Source of the DNA: a virus | IMG/VR virus record: IMGVR_UViG_3300045988_034373 | Location: 117,963 to 181,962 of that record | DNA length: 64,000 nucleotides | Reading direction: 5' to 3' (one strand) | In this document: positions 20,687-30,900 of the stretch, piece after piece | Layout of the letters: each line of letters begins with the position of its first letter | Numbering within the stretch: position 1 is the stretch's first letter | Position numbers and translations under genes: made by a program | Notes under the pieces: model-generated | Seen by the model: the letters and a program-made list of their open reading frames with translations, nothing else | Database searches by the model: none | Told to the model about the DNA's origin: nothing

Positions 20687-23600
20687 TGGCAAAGTGCGGA
20701 TATACTCTATTAGGAAGGTCATTTGGCTCTGAGTTAGAACTGAACAACTTCCTACTTAACAATAAACATAGTATAGACCTTGGTAGAATATCTGATATAG
20801 TATTTAGTCTTAATAGCAAGAAAGACGAAGTAGTATCTATATTAGATGGTAAACTATCATGGGCTACTAAAATCCAGAGTATTAAGAGAAATCCTAATTC
20901 ATTCCTGGATGATGAAGATATAGACCCAGAATCGGTAAAGCCATATAAAGGTGTTACATCTGCAATAAAGTTATTTAGACAAGCAGATGGAGTAACCAGA
21001 TTTGTGCCTGAGTTCAAAATAGAGAACTTCAAAGAGAAGTGCTTTGAAAGGTGGGGCAAGGATGGATTTAGCGCAATGGAAGCTAAATTGGTTGGTAAAG
21101 AGCCAGGTGTTCCAGTAAAAGAGAATGAAATGGAAGAAGCTTTCAAAGCACTAACTACTAAGTGGGACTTACTTGGTAAAGTTGGTACTTCACTTCATAA
21201 AGTAGCTGAGTTATTTTGGAAGGGTGAAAGTTTATCAGCTATAGTGCAGGATGATGAAGTTAAGAACTATCTTGACCCAGTAATGGCTTCTCATATGTAT
21301 AGTAACATGGAAATACTGAGAGACCAATTAATTAAGCTACATGGTAACGGAGACCCCAATAGTGTAAAATTCTACCCAGAGTACGTAGTTGCTGGAGACA
21401 CTCAAGCCACTGACGATAATGGTAGTCCTATCAAACTACTTGGTATTATTGACTTGTTGGTAGTTGATTCTGATGGGCAAGTGCACATATATGACTACAA
21501 GACTTCTGACAAAGCTCACGTTGATTTTGATAGTACTAAGAAATTAACATTCGATTATCAGTTAGCTGTTTATAGGCAGTTATTAGAGAGCTATGGATTA
21601 CCAGTAAGTAGAGCTATGATGGGTATTATCCCACTATCAATGCAAGACTTTGATGGAACTACTGGTAACTTCTCCAACATTACTGCACCTATTACTACTG
21701 TAAATGGTGTGAAAGAAATCAACATTGATTATAGAGATAGGAACCCAAGGCTATCCTATGATAGTGCATCTGCCTTTGTAACCAATAACGTTGAAATGGT
21801 TATGCCTGTAGAGCCTGTTGAAGATATAGTTACTAAGGACTTTGTTGAGCATATGAGCACTGGGTTTGCTAAGCTATTCCCAGGATATAAGTTCAACAGA
21901 GAACTAAATGAGGCTACATTAGAAGCTCTTAAAAGGGATGTGAGATATAATGCATCTACTGGTAAGTGGACTCTTCCAGACTTAAAGAATCCAGGTAAGA
22001 CTCTAACATTTGATACTCAAGCAGAGGCGTATAAGGCTCTTGAAAGTTATCACGAATCTTTGTTAAGCTCTAAGACAAGAGCGACTGAAAGGTTGATTGG
22101 TAACATTAGAACTGCTATTAATACTGGTAATACTAACTTCTTGCCCCTATCTAATCGTAAGATTAAGGGACACAGTGCAGGTTGGTTTATTAAGGAATGT
22201 AGTAGGTACTGTAACTCTGAATGGAAGGTAATGGATGTTCCAGAATTAACATCTTTGGGTATAATGTTGCTATTTAATAAGAGGGCTAAGTACTTTGACG
22301 TGTTAGTGCTTGATAACACCCCATTAAAGACTCAACTTAAATTCAAGAAGGGTACTTCCGTTCTTGGTGAATATGCTTCTAACGTAGAATTAGAGCAAAG
22401 AGGTATTCCAGCATTGGAGGGCATTGTGGGTAATGTTGACCTAATGAAAGCTATGCTAGCTTTAAATGAACTGCCAGACTTATTCAGAGAAGGTAAGTTT
22501 AAATTAGGTGAGATTAGAGTTCTTAACCAAAAGGACGAAACTGGTATGCACACTAGTGCTTGGCAGTTAATGCAGAACTTTAATGAGCTTACTAAGAACG
22601 GTAGAGCTGGTGTGGATAATAACTTTACTACTGGTAAAATACAGTTCTTAGAGAATTATCAATTAGCATACTACAATATGATTCAGTTCTGTGCCTTAGG
22701 TAAAGAGCAAAGTAAATTGAATAATGTGCTATCAGAGTTTGAGACTAATCCAATTATTCTTGACCATTCTATAGAGAATCTGATAAAGATGAAGAAGATG
22801 TTAGAGCAGGAATATCTTAACCTAACTGAAACTAAGACTACAGACTTCTCTTCACCTCCTGGAATTGTATATGGCTATCTACTTAAAGCTATTAAGGATT
22901 TAAGAGGTATGCACTATGTACAAGAAGTTAGGGATGGTAACAAAATAGTTCTACTAACTGATAACCCAGATGTGATGGCATCAGCTAACCTTAGAAATAT
23001 GTATAAAGTAACCACTGACGGTCTTGTACATCTAAGAACTAATCTTAATAACTTTGCTGCTGAAATGCGTACTGCTATGGAGAAGTTCTGGAAAGCTAAG
23101 GGATATTCTACTGAAAGAAGAAATCTTATTGGTGACCAACTATCACTATTTAAGAATATGTTTGTTACTGATAGAGATGGCAAGATTGATAGTAGAATGA
23201 GGGTTAAGAGTCCATTTGTTGATAGAACATTAGATGCTGCTGAGAAGGAGTTCCTAACATTCTGGCTGGATAAACTAAACAGATACAGGTATCAAAATAT
23301 GTCTGAATCTGATTTAGAGGAAATGAGGCTAGACCCTGACAGTGAATACTATAATGTGCCATTAATGGAAGCTAGTTCAGCTACTAAGGTACAGGAAGGT
23401 GGTAAGGGATTAATATCCTGGTTTAAGAGAAAGGTAGACCAGTTTAGAAATCCTAAGGAATGGGCTGATAGACTAATCACTGGTGCTTTAGACTCAAAGC
23501 ATAATGAGCAGTTAAAGGAGGATATGGAGAAGTATGAAATGATTGATATGTTCGAGTATAGCGATAATGCAACATCAAGAAGTAATGCTTTAGAAGAACA

Positions 23601-25305
23601 TGATACTGTGTTCTTTGAAACTAACTTGAATGACATCATCTATTCATATGCCTTTGTTAAAGAAAGGAAGAAAGCATACGATGAAATATTGCCAGTGGTT
23701 AAAGCTACTATGGTTGATATGCTTATGGAAGCTAACTTCCAGAACTTGGACATTAAAAATACTATAGGGTACACTAAGGACTATGTAAAGAACAAAATCA
23801 TTGGTCAAACATTAGTCCCAGAGAACCTTAAAGGATTAGCTCATTATATGGGTATGGTTAGAAACTTTACCACTACTGCCGCCTTAGGTTTCTCTCCTAA
23901 ATCTGGTCTATTCCAGATGATGGAAGGCTTCTGGAAGAATGCAGGTAAGGCAATTATTAGACCTATGGGTACTAATCAATTTGGATGGGATGAAGTACAG
24001 CAGGCTATGAAATGGGTAGCTGGTGATATGAAAGACCATTTCAAGATAGTATCGTTAGGAGAGCTAATCAACGAACAGTATGCCATTAATGACTTTGACT
24101 CTAACGTATATGATAAAAGGCTTAGAGGTGAGCCTGGCTTGATTAACTTCCAGGGTAAGATGCTGTGGACTACCTCTGCACCTGACTACTTTAATAGAAT
24201 GACTCTATTTGTAGCTCAGATGATAAAGGATGGTTGCATGGATGCTTATTCAATGAAAGGTAATAAGTTAGTCTATGATTGGAAGAAAGATAAGAGATTC
24301 TCTGCATATGCAGCTGGTAATAAAGCTGATTCTAAGTATGGTTATCAGAAGGCTTTATATGAAGCTATGATAGACCAATTTAGAAATGAAGGTTGGAAGA
24401 ATGATAAAGGTCAGCCAATCAGCTATGATGATGATTTACCAATGGCTTATACTAATAAGGAGGCTCAGAGTTTGAAATCATTTGCAGACCAAACTTATGG
24501 TTATTACTCACATGAGACTCAAATGATGTTAAAGAGCTACTTCCTCGGTGCTCAGTATATGCAGTTTAGAACTTATTGGTCAGCTTTGAAGAATAGGTAC
24601 TTCCTAAAAGGTGGTGTGTATTCACAAGGTAATTTCCAACAACTTGTAGACGAGGATGGTAATAAAGTTTATAAGAAACTTGTAACTATTAATGGTGTAC
24701 AACAGTATGTTCAGACTACTGAGAATACAGGTGAGCCATTTATGGTGTGGAGAGGTAACTGGCAGGAAGGTATATTCATGTCATTTAGGGATGGATTTAA
24801 GGAAATGCTTGAAGGGTTCCGTGATGATGGATTGTCTGGAGTAGTAAAAGGTGCTAAAGAATTTTGGAACACCAATAACAGTGAACTTAGAAGGGTAAGG
24901 CACGCCAATTTACGGCAATTCGGATATGATATGGCTCTTTGGGGACTAATTGGTAGCCTACTTGGATACTTCTTAACCCAACTATTAAAGGAGCAACAGA
25001 AGGCTGATAAGGGTCGAGATTTAAGTTGGGGGGATGTAATGCTGAGGGATGCAGAAAGTATCTTCGTTTCCTCACTAATTACCTCAACTGACGATTTAGG
25101 TGCTTTTAAATCAATGCTATCACCTCTTACAGATTGGACTCCGCCCTCATTCAGAATGTTAACTAATATTTGGAATGATGGTTGTGCAGTAATTACTGGA
25201 GATAAGGATTTTAGTAAAGCTGTCATAAATAACATTGGTGTACTAAGACAAACTAGAAACTTCTGGTACTATGCTAGTGAGGCAGTTGAAAGTGCAATTG
25301 AATAA
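20686..25305 (+). CDS. 1,539-aa protein with an N-terminal PD-(D/E)XK (RecB/Cas4-like) nuclease domain and a C-terminal predicted TM helix
   Basis: Uninterrupted ORF. Nuclease motifs are listed in the next feature. The hydrophobic helix MALWGLIGSLLGYFLTQLL lies at about 24931-24990. TAATG junctions at both ends. Confidence 0.8.
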   Translation: MAKCGYTLLGRSFGSELELNNFLLNNKHSIDLGRISDIVFSLNSKKDEVVSILDGKLSWATKIQSIKRNPNSFLDDEDIDPESVKPYKGVTSAIKLFRQADGVTRFVPEFKIENFKEKCFERWGKDGFSAMEAKLVGKEPGVPVKENEMEEAFKALTTKWDLLGKVGTSLHKVAELFWKGESLSAIVQDDEVKNYLDPVMASHMYSNMEILRDQLIKLHGNGDPNSVKFYPEYVVAGDTQATDDNGSPIKLLGIIDLLVVDSDGQVHIYDYKTSDKAHVDFDSTKKLTFDYQLAVYRQLLESYGLPVSRAMMGIIPLSMQDFDGTTGNFSNITAPITTVNGVKEINIDYRDRNPRLSYDSASAFVTNNVEMVMPVEPVEDIVTKDFVEHMSTGFAKLFPGYKFNRELNEATLEALKRDVRYNASTGKWTLPDLKNPGKTLTFDTQAEAYKALESYHESLLSSKTRATERLIGNIRTAINTGNTNFLPLSNRKIKGHSAGWFIKECSRYCNSEWKVMDVPELTSLGIMLLFNKRAKYFDVLVLDNTPLKTQLKFKKGTSVLGEYASNVELEQRGIPALEGIVGNVDLMKAMLALNELPDLFREGKFKLGEIRVLNQKDETGMHTSAWQLMQNFNELTKNGRAGVDNNFTTGKIQFLENYQLAYYNMIQFCALGKEQSKLNNVLSEFETNPIILDHSIENLIKMKKMLEQEYLNLTETKTTDFSSPPGIVYGYLLKAIKDLRGMHYVQEVRDGNKIVLLTDNPDVMASANLRNMYKVTTDGLVHLRTNLNNFAAEMRTAMEKFWKAKGYSTERRNLIGDQLSLFKNMFVTDRDGKIDSRMRVKSPFVDRTLDAAEKEFLTFWLDKLNRYRYQNMSESDLEEMRLDPDSEYYNVPLMEASSATKVQEGGKGLISWFKRKVDQFRNPKEWADRLITGALDSKHNEQLKEDMEKYEMIDMFEYSDNATSRSNALEEHDTVFFETNLNDIIYSYAFVKERKKAYDEILPVVKATMVDMLMEANFQNLDIKNTIGYTKDYVKNKIIGQTLVPENLKGLAHYMGMVRNFTTTAALGFSPKSGLFQMMEGFWKNAGKAIIRPMGTNQFGWDEVQQAMKWVAGDMKDHFKIVSLGELINEQYAINDFDSNVYDKRLRGEPGLINFQGKMLWTTSAPDYFNRMTLFVAQMIKDGCMDAYSMKGNKLVYDWKKDKRFSAYAAGNKADSKYGYQKALYEAMIDQFRNEGWKNDKGQPISYDDDLPMAYTNKEAQSLKSFADQTYGYYSHETQMMLKSYFLGAQYMQFRTYWSALKNRYFLKGGVYSQGNFQQLVDEDGNKVYKKLVTINGVQQYVQTTENTGEPFMVWRGNWQEGIFMSFRDGFKEMLEGFRDDGLSGVVKGAKEFWNTNNSELRRVRHANLRQFGYDMALWGLIGSLLGYFLTQLLKEQQKADKGRDLSWGDVMLRDAESIFVSSLITSTDDLGAFKSMLSPLTDWTPPSFRMLTNIWNDGCAVITGDKDFSKAVINNIGVLRQTRNFWYYASEAVESAIE
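21150..21600 (+). other. PD-(D/E)XK nuclease domain (RecB/AddB/Cas4-like motif set)
   Basis: GTSLH 21184-21198; GIIDLLVVD from 21442 (Asp at 21451-21453); IYDYKT with DYK at 21493-21501; QLAVY 21559-21573. The order and spacing match the G-x-x-H / GxID / (D/E)YK / QhxxY pattern. Confidence 0.7.
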
Positions 25306-25916
25306 TGATTATTGGAATTTCTGGAAAGAAACAATGTGGTAAGGATACCGTATGCAAAATTATTAAGGCATTAGATATATGGAATAGGTACGGAGATATG
25401 CATACATTTGTAAAGATGTTACTTAAGAGTCCAAGTCCTTTAGGCAGTATATGGTACAAGCACGCATATGCTGATAAGCTTAAGCAAGTCTTAGCTATTA
25501 TACTTAACATAAATGTTGCTGCATTCGAGGATAATATATTTAAGATGTCTAACAGTGAGATAGTTAAGCCAGAAGGAGGATATTATACTAATAGAGAACT
25601 TCTACAGAGATTTGGAACTGAAGTAGGTAGAAGTATATCTCCAACATTGTGGGTAGATGCTTTATTCATGGGCTACAGTGAGGACGACCACTGGATTATT
25701 CCAGATGTTAGGTTTCCATCTGAAGCTGAAGCTATTAAGGAAAGGGGTGGTATAATTATTAGAGTAGATAGGGAAACCTTCTCTCGTGATACTCATCCAT
25801 CTGAAGTAGCATTGGATAATTATGAAGGTTTTGATTACAGAATAGATAACAATAACGATATAGAACATTTAATAGATAAGGTAAAAGAGATAATGTCTCA
25901 ACTAAACCTTATATAA
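25305..25916 (+). CDS. Deoxynucleoside monophosphate kinase (T5-type dNMP kinase family)
   Basis: N-terminal P-loop MIIGISGKKQCGKDT (25314-25349) and IPDVRFPSEAEAIKERGGIIIRVDR, which resembles the family's DVRFxNE...GG..v.v.R segment. Last gene of the plus arm, followed by a terminator. Confidence 0.65.
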   Translation: MIIGISGKKQCGKDTVCKIIKALDIWNRYGDMHTFVKMLLKSPSPLGSIWYKHAYADKLKQVLAIILNINVAAFEDNIFKMSNSEIVKPEGGYYTNRELLQRFGTEVGRSISPTLWVDALFMGYSEDDHWIIPDVRFPSEAEAIKERGGIIIRVDRETFSRDTHPSEVALDNYEGFDYRIDNNNDIEHLIDKVKEIMSQLNLI

Positions 25917-25924
25917 AGCAATTA

Positions 25925-25970
25925 GGGCAACACTGGTAGGTAATTCTACTGGTGTTGCCCTTATTTTTTT
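25925..25970 (+). terminator. Rho-independent terminator at the convergence point of the two arms
   Basis: GGGCAACACTGGTAG / GTAATT loop / CTACTGGTGTTGCCC forms a 15-bp stem that includes two G-U pairs valid only in the plus-strand RNA. It is followed by TTATTTTTTT. Confidence 0.8.
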
Positions 25971-25972
25971 AC

Positions 25973-26536
25973 TTAGTCTTTCTTCTCTACATATTCAGGT
26001 TCTCTTTCATCCTGCTGCTTTAGATAAGTGAACATTCTCTTACCTAACGCCTTATAGTCTTTCTCACTCTTTGATTTAGAAGCCCTCTTAGCCATTCTGA
26101 TTAGAGTTCTTGTATTCTTTCTACTAAAGATTCTCTCTCCTCCTTCTAATTCCATTTGAGTGGAACCATCAGGAGCAATTACCTTCATTTTGGGTAACTC
26201 TTCATCCTCTTCAATATCAAGTTCATCTCCCTCTTTAATACCAGAGCCTTGATTAACTTCTAATACAAATTGTACACCATCTTCCTCAGCTATATTCTCA
26301 TTCTCAGGTTCTCCCTGATATACTGATATTACTTCCATATCTTCATTAATGAAAATGATGTCTAGTGGAATTTTAGTATCTTTCATCCAGAATCCTACAG
26401 TCTGAGGCTCCTCGAAGAAGAATAACATTCCTTCATCATCTTTCATTTCTGTAACTCCTTGTAGACCTTTCATTCTTTCCTCTTCAGTCCTAGCACAAGT
26501 TACATTATACTCTCTGTCTCCTATTTCAATCTTCAT
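25973..26536 (-). CDS. DUF192 (COG1430) domain protein with a basic C-terminal tail
   Basis: ARTEEERMKGLQG...DEGMLFFF...VGFWMKDTKIPLDIIFINEDMEVISV...FVLEVNQGSGIKEGDEL matches the DUF192 pattern (GLM..., GMLF, fwMk.t..pLDi.F, vLE...G). TAATG-coupled to the upstream gene. Confidence 0.8.
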   Translation of the reverse strand: MKIEIGDREYNVTCARTEEERMKGLQGVTEMKDDEGMLFFFEEPQTVGFWMKDTKIPLDIIFINEDMEVISVYQGEPENENIAEEDGVQFVLEVNQGSGIKEGDELDIEEDEELPKMKVIAPDGSTQMELEGGERIFSRKNTRTLIRMAKRASKSKSEKDYKALGKRMFTYLKQQDEREPEYVEKKD

Positions 26537-27900
26537 TATTCAACTGTATTTAATAGTCCTGTGTTATCAACTGTATTCTCAAGAATCTCATGTACAAGTA
26601 GTTTACCAGCTTCAATAGCAGCTTCGTCAGAACCGTCTTGCATTAGTTTCTCCAATTGCTTAGTAACCTCAAGATTGAAGATTATCTCTTCTCTCTCTAC
26701 TTCTGCGTGTTGCTTGATGTCTCCACCTTTCTCTTCTGTAATAACTGGAATACCTTTAGTAGTTACCTCTTCAAACTTCTCATCCACATTCTCTAAGTGA
26801 TGTTTATGAGCGTGTAGAGCACCATCTGGAATCACATTAACTGCTCCTCCATTTTTAAATCCAGCTACCTCTTCCATTCTAACCTCTTCTTGAATCTTCT
26901 TTCTCTTCTCTTTCTGTCCTTTAGATAGTTTAACTACTCTCTTAGCGAAGTCTTTATCCATCTTTAAGCCAGACTTACCAGCTCTTACTGTATTTTGCTG
27001 ATAACCCCCATTTAGTTGTAATTGAGTTCCAAGTCCAAGTAAAGGATTGTTAGAAGCTGCGAATGCCATTTGGGCTTCATCAGCTATATCACCCATTTTG
27101 ACTTGTTGCATCTGAGCATTGTGTATTTGTCTATTAGCTTTGTTCCTTGCTCCACCACTAAGTAATCCATACTTCTTACCACTCTTAGTAAGAGCATCAT
27201 CTACAGTAGATTGAGTTCCACCATAAGCAGAACCTACTTGTTCAAATGCTTCATTATCCTTAGTAATAGTATCGGCTTTCTTAGCTCCAATAGCATTAAC
27301 CAATCCAATTGGAGTTAGTTTAAGAAACTTACTATCTAATATCTTGTCCGCTGTAGTCATTTGGTCAGTTCCAACTCCCATAGCTGTTAATCCATCTGAT
27401 AACATTCCACCTACTTTCATAACACCACCGATAATAGTACCAACTCCAGGTATAGCAGATACAGCATTAGCAGCAGCATCATAGCCTTGATTTAGTCCAG
27501 TAGTTAGTGCTGATTGTTCTTTCTGGGGAATTGGACTTCCAACTACATCAGCTATACCTCCAGCCACATTCATGGTATTACCAATCTTAGCTTTGCTAAA
27601 TATTCCACTATTAGGAGTAACAGTAGAGGAGTTCCCACCAAACCTCTTTATGTCCTGTATAGCCTTATTAGAATCTCTGTTGAATTTCAAGGACATACTT
27701 AATGGGTCTCCCATCTTAGCGTTAAAATCAATTAAGCTGTTAGTCGGAGCCATTATTTGCTCAGCTGATTTACCAAAGTCAGCAGCCCAGTCTTTTCCCA
27801 TTAAATTCTGATAGACTGGTGTCCCATTGTTTTGTGGAATGGTATAGGGACCCCATGTTGAAGTCCCTCCCCACTGGTATCTTTTAACTAGTTTACGCAT
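26536..27900 (-). CDS. Gly-rich virion-associated protein (454 aa), possible internal/ejection protein
   Basis: Hydrophobic Gly-rich stretches (AGGIADVVGSPIP, IPGVGTIIGGVMKVGGMLSDGLTAMGVG) and a His cluster HAHKHH at 26797-26814. Overlaps the upstream gene by 8 nt. Confidence 0.65.
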   Translation of the reverse strand: MRKLVKRYQWGGTSTWGPYTIPQNNGTPVYQNLMGKDWAADFGKSAEQIMAPTNSLIDFNAKMGDPLSMSLKFNRDSNKAIQDIKRFGGNSSTVTPNSGIFSKAKIGNTMNVAGGIADVVGSPIPQKEQSALTTGLNQGYDAAANAVSAIPGVGTIIGGVMKVGGMLSDGLTAMGVGTDQMTTADKILDSKFLKLTPIGLVNAIGAKKADTITKDNEAFEQVGSAYGGTQSTVDDALTKSGKKYGLLSGGARNKANRQIHNAQMQQVKMGDIADEAQMAFAASNNPLLGLGTQLQLNGGYQQNTVRAGKSGLKMDKDFAKRVVKLSKGQKEKRKKIQEEVRMEEVAGFKNGGAVNVIPDGALHAHKHHLENVDEKFEEVTTKGIPVITEEKGGDIKQHAEVEREEIIFNLEVTKQLEKLMQDGSDEAAIEAGKLLVHEILENTVDNTGLLNTVE

Positions 27901-30900
27901 AACTTACGATATATAATGTTTTTAAAGCTGTTATTATAGCTAACTCGTCACCAGTATATCTCACTTTAATCTTTATGTACTTATCCCTAATTCTAGTCTC
28001 CTTTCTTTCATTAGACCATTTATTAACATCCAATGACAAGAAATCAGCACTATAACCTCGGTCCCTTAATTCAGATGGAATGTCAGAATTACTAGTAATA
28101 TTTAGAGCAGTCATACTCTCTGGTAATGGATTGTTAACTAGGTTAAGAGGTGGGTATGTATTACCATCCTTATCCTTAACAGTCCAAGCTAATTCATTCT
28201 TAGCCCAATAAGTTATAGAGGGTATTTGGATATCCCACTTATCTTCTAAGTAGTCCATGTTACCATTTATTCTACCATACTCCATAACCTCATACCATTT
28301 ACCATTTTGAGCTAGTACATTTGTATATCCAGCTGCTATAAGTGAGCTATATCTATCTTGAGTTATCTCTTGTAAATATCTCTTCTTAAAAGGACATGCC
28401 TTGACATGAGTAGCTATCTTAAATTCATTTAGTTGGCTATCATGCACAATCTCTGAACCAGATATTGATTGGTAGTCTCTACCAGCTGATGTCATTGATT
28501 GGTAATGGTCTTCAATATCGTTCAGACTATCTACCCTTGAATACAATAGTGGGAACATAACTGACATATCCTTGTACTTAGTAGTACTGTACAATATGTC
28601 TCTTTGTTCTGGTATAACATCCAAGTAATCATGATTATAAACTATATCTGCACCATTATATTGGTATAGATGCTTAGTAGCCTCTTGCCTAAAATACATA
28701 TTCTTTTTGTCTTTGGCAAAGTTATATACTTCTCCAACAACTTCAAAATGGAATGATTCAGGTTGGGTCTTATTACTTATAATCTGTAAGTTATTAAAGA
28801 TTTTATGTACTGATGGATTATCAACTACAATAAATTCCAGCTCAAATGGATGTTGCTTACCATACCAATAGCAAGGACTAATTGGCTTTCTAGTAGGCAT
28901 TAATCCAGCTTGACCATGTTTCCAGAATGAAGTAGTTAGTAAGTCATACCTCATCTTAGTAACTACAGTTACATTAGAGTATAATGTCTTTACTACATTT
29001 CTAACTTCACCTTCAACCAAATCAGTTCCTTGATTATATACTACAGCTTTAATAGGTATTGTCCACCTACTATCTCCGACTGAATTGGCATTGACTGATA
29101 CCTGATTACCATTAGTAATGAAGAACTTATTTCTAACCCTATCGTCAGCAATACTATACTCAATGTTAGAACCGCTAATATCAAGATTTAGTTGCAAGTT
29201 ACCTAACTTAGCTTTACCATCTACTACAGTTAGTACGTTATCAACTACTGCACCACCCTGCATACTAATAAGAGGATAGTTAGAAGTTATCTTAGTAATT
29301 GTCTTAGATGTGTTTCTATCAAAACTAAAGAAGATGTTGTCAATATTCTCAGAATATGATGGAACCCATGAGTAGAATGTTACAAACTTCTGCATAACTT
29401 CATTGTAGCATAAATTCCATACATTCTCTTCCAATGTATTAACATCATCATAGAATGTAAACATCACATCTTGCTTAAATCTATTATAGTGAGTTTTAAC
29501 GTTCCTAATACCAATAATTGGAGTCTTCTCTTTCTCAGTAAGTGAGATATTGTCATTTAAGAACTTCTGTACTTTAAAGTCTGAGATAACCTCGAACAGT
29601 TGTCCATTAGTTCTCCAAATCTTCTTCCCGACTGTATCCACTCCATAGACGTAATAGGGAGTCTTGATGACACTCTCTGACCACTGAGTACCGAATGTAT
29701 CAGACAGCATTTTTGGATTCTCTGGAAGTACGTTAGAGGTGTTTATGAAGATATTTCCACCTGCACCTTCACCTGCAACGGCTCTTTCATTGACTGGTAT
29801 CAAAGCAACGCCATGTTCAAATACACAGATAATGCTACCAAACCATTCAACTAGCTTAACTATACTACCATAAGTCAATGGATAGTCCCTATAGTTCATT
29901 AATTTGAATACTCTATAACCATTCTTAAATGAGTCATTGACATTAATGTCAGAGTACATTACTCTAATATGGAACTTATTCTTAATAGCTGGAACATTTG
30001 GCAGTTCATAGTAATACTTATCAGATGTAGTAGAGTTAATACCACCATTTATAACAAATGATTCTGGTATTTTAGATTCACCAGTAACTGACATAGCTTG
30101 TAATGGATAGAATCCTCTAGCCTTACCAGTTAATCCTAACTCTGAAGTATATGACATATCAACACTTCTCATAGATAGGTTGACATTGCTACATACTTTA
30201 ATAGTAACCCAGTGTCCCATCTTAATGGCATTTACGTCACCTCTGTTGATTTTACCATTCTTCTCGCTATCACCTATTGTATAGTTATCCTTCCATGACA
30301 TTTGGTCTACAATATCATCATTTATAGGAGCTGCTGAGTCTTGGAAGTTTCTACACATTCTATGTGTATAGTTACCTATATAGCAATCTCCTCTAAACAG
30401 GTTCTTAGCTATCATAGTATTTCCATCCTCATCTAAATCATCCCATAACATTCTGTTACACATAGCATAGAATGCAGATGAATCCTCATACCTAATTTCA
30501 AAGTAGGTATCTAATAGGTTTTCTTCATAGTTAGGAATCTTAATATCAATAAGACTCATCTTATTAGTATTATATCCCTCTAGTCCTATGTAAGGTCCCC
30601 AACTTCCTCTTAATAGGTTACGAGCATTAGAAGACTTATTTGTATAGTTATAGTAAGATACTCTCCATGCTTCTTCAGCTTCTCCAGCCCTTGCACTAAA
30701 TAACTGCTTCTTACCCTTTAATGCCTTAACATTATCACCAATAGCCATAATGTTATATGTCTCATCTTGGGTAGAATTATTAGTAACGTAGGATAGGTTG
30801 TAGAAATGAGTACCACTTCTGTCAAAGTATTTCTTACCGAACTGTGATTTAGCCATCTTAACCTCAAACTGAGTACCAGTGAATAATTGATTGAAGTATG

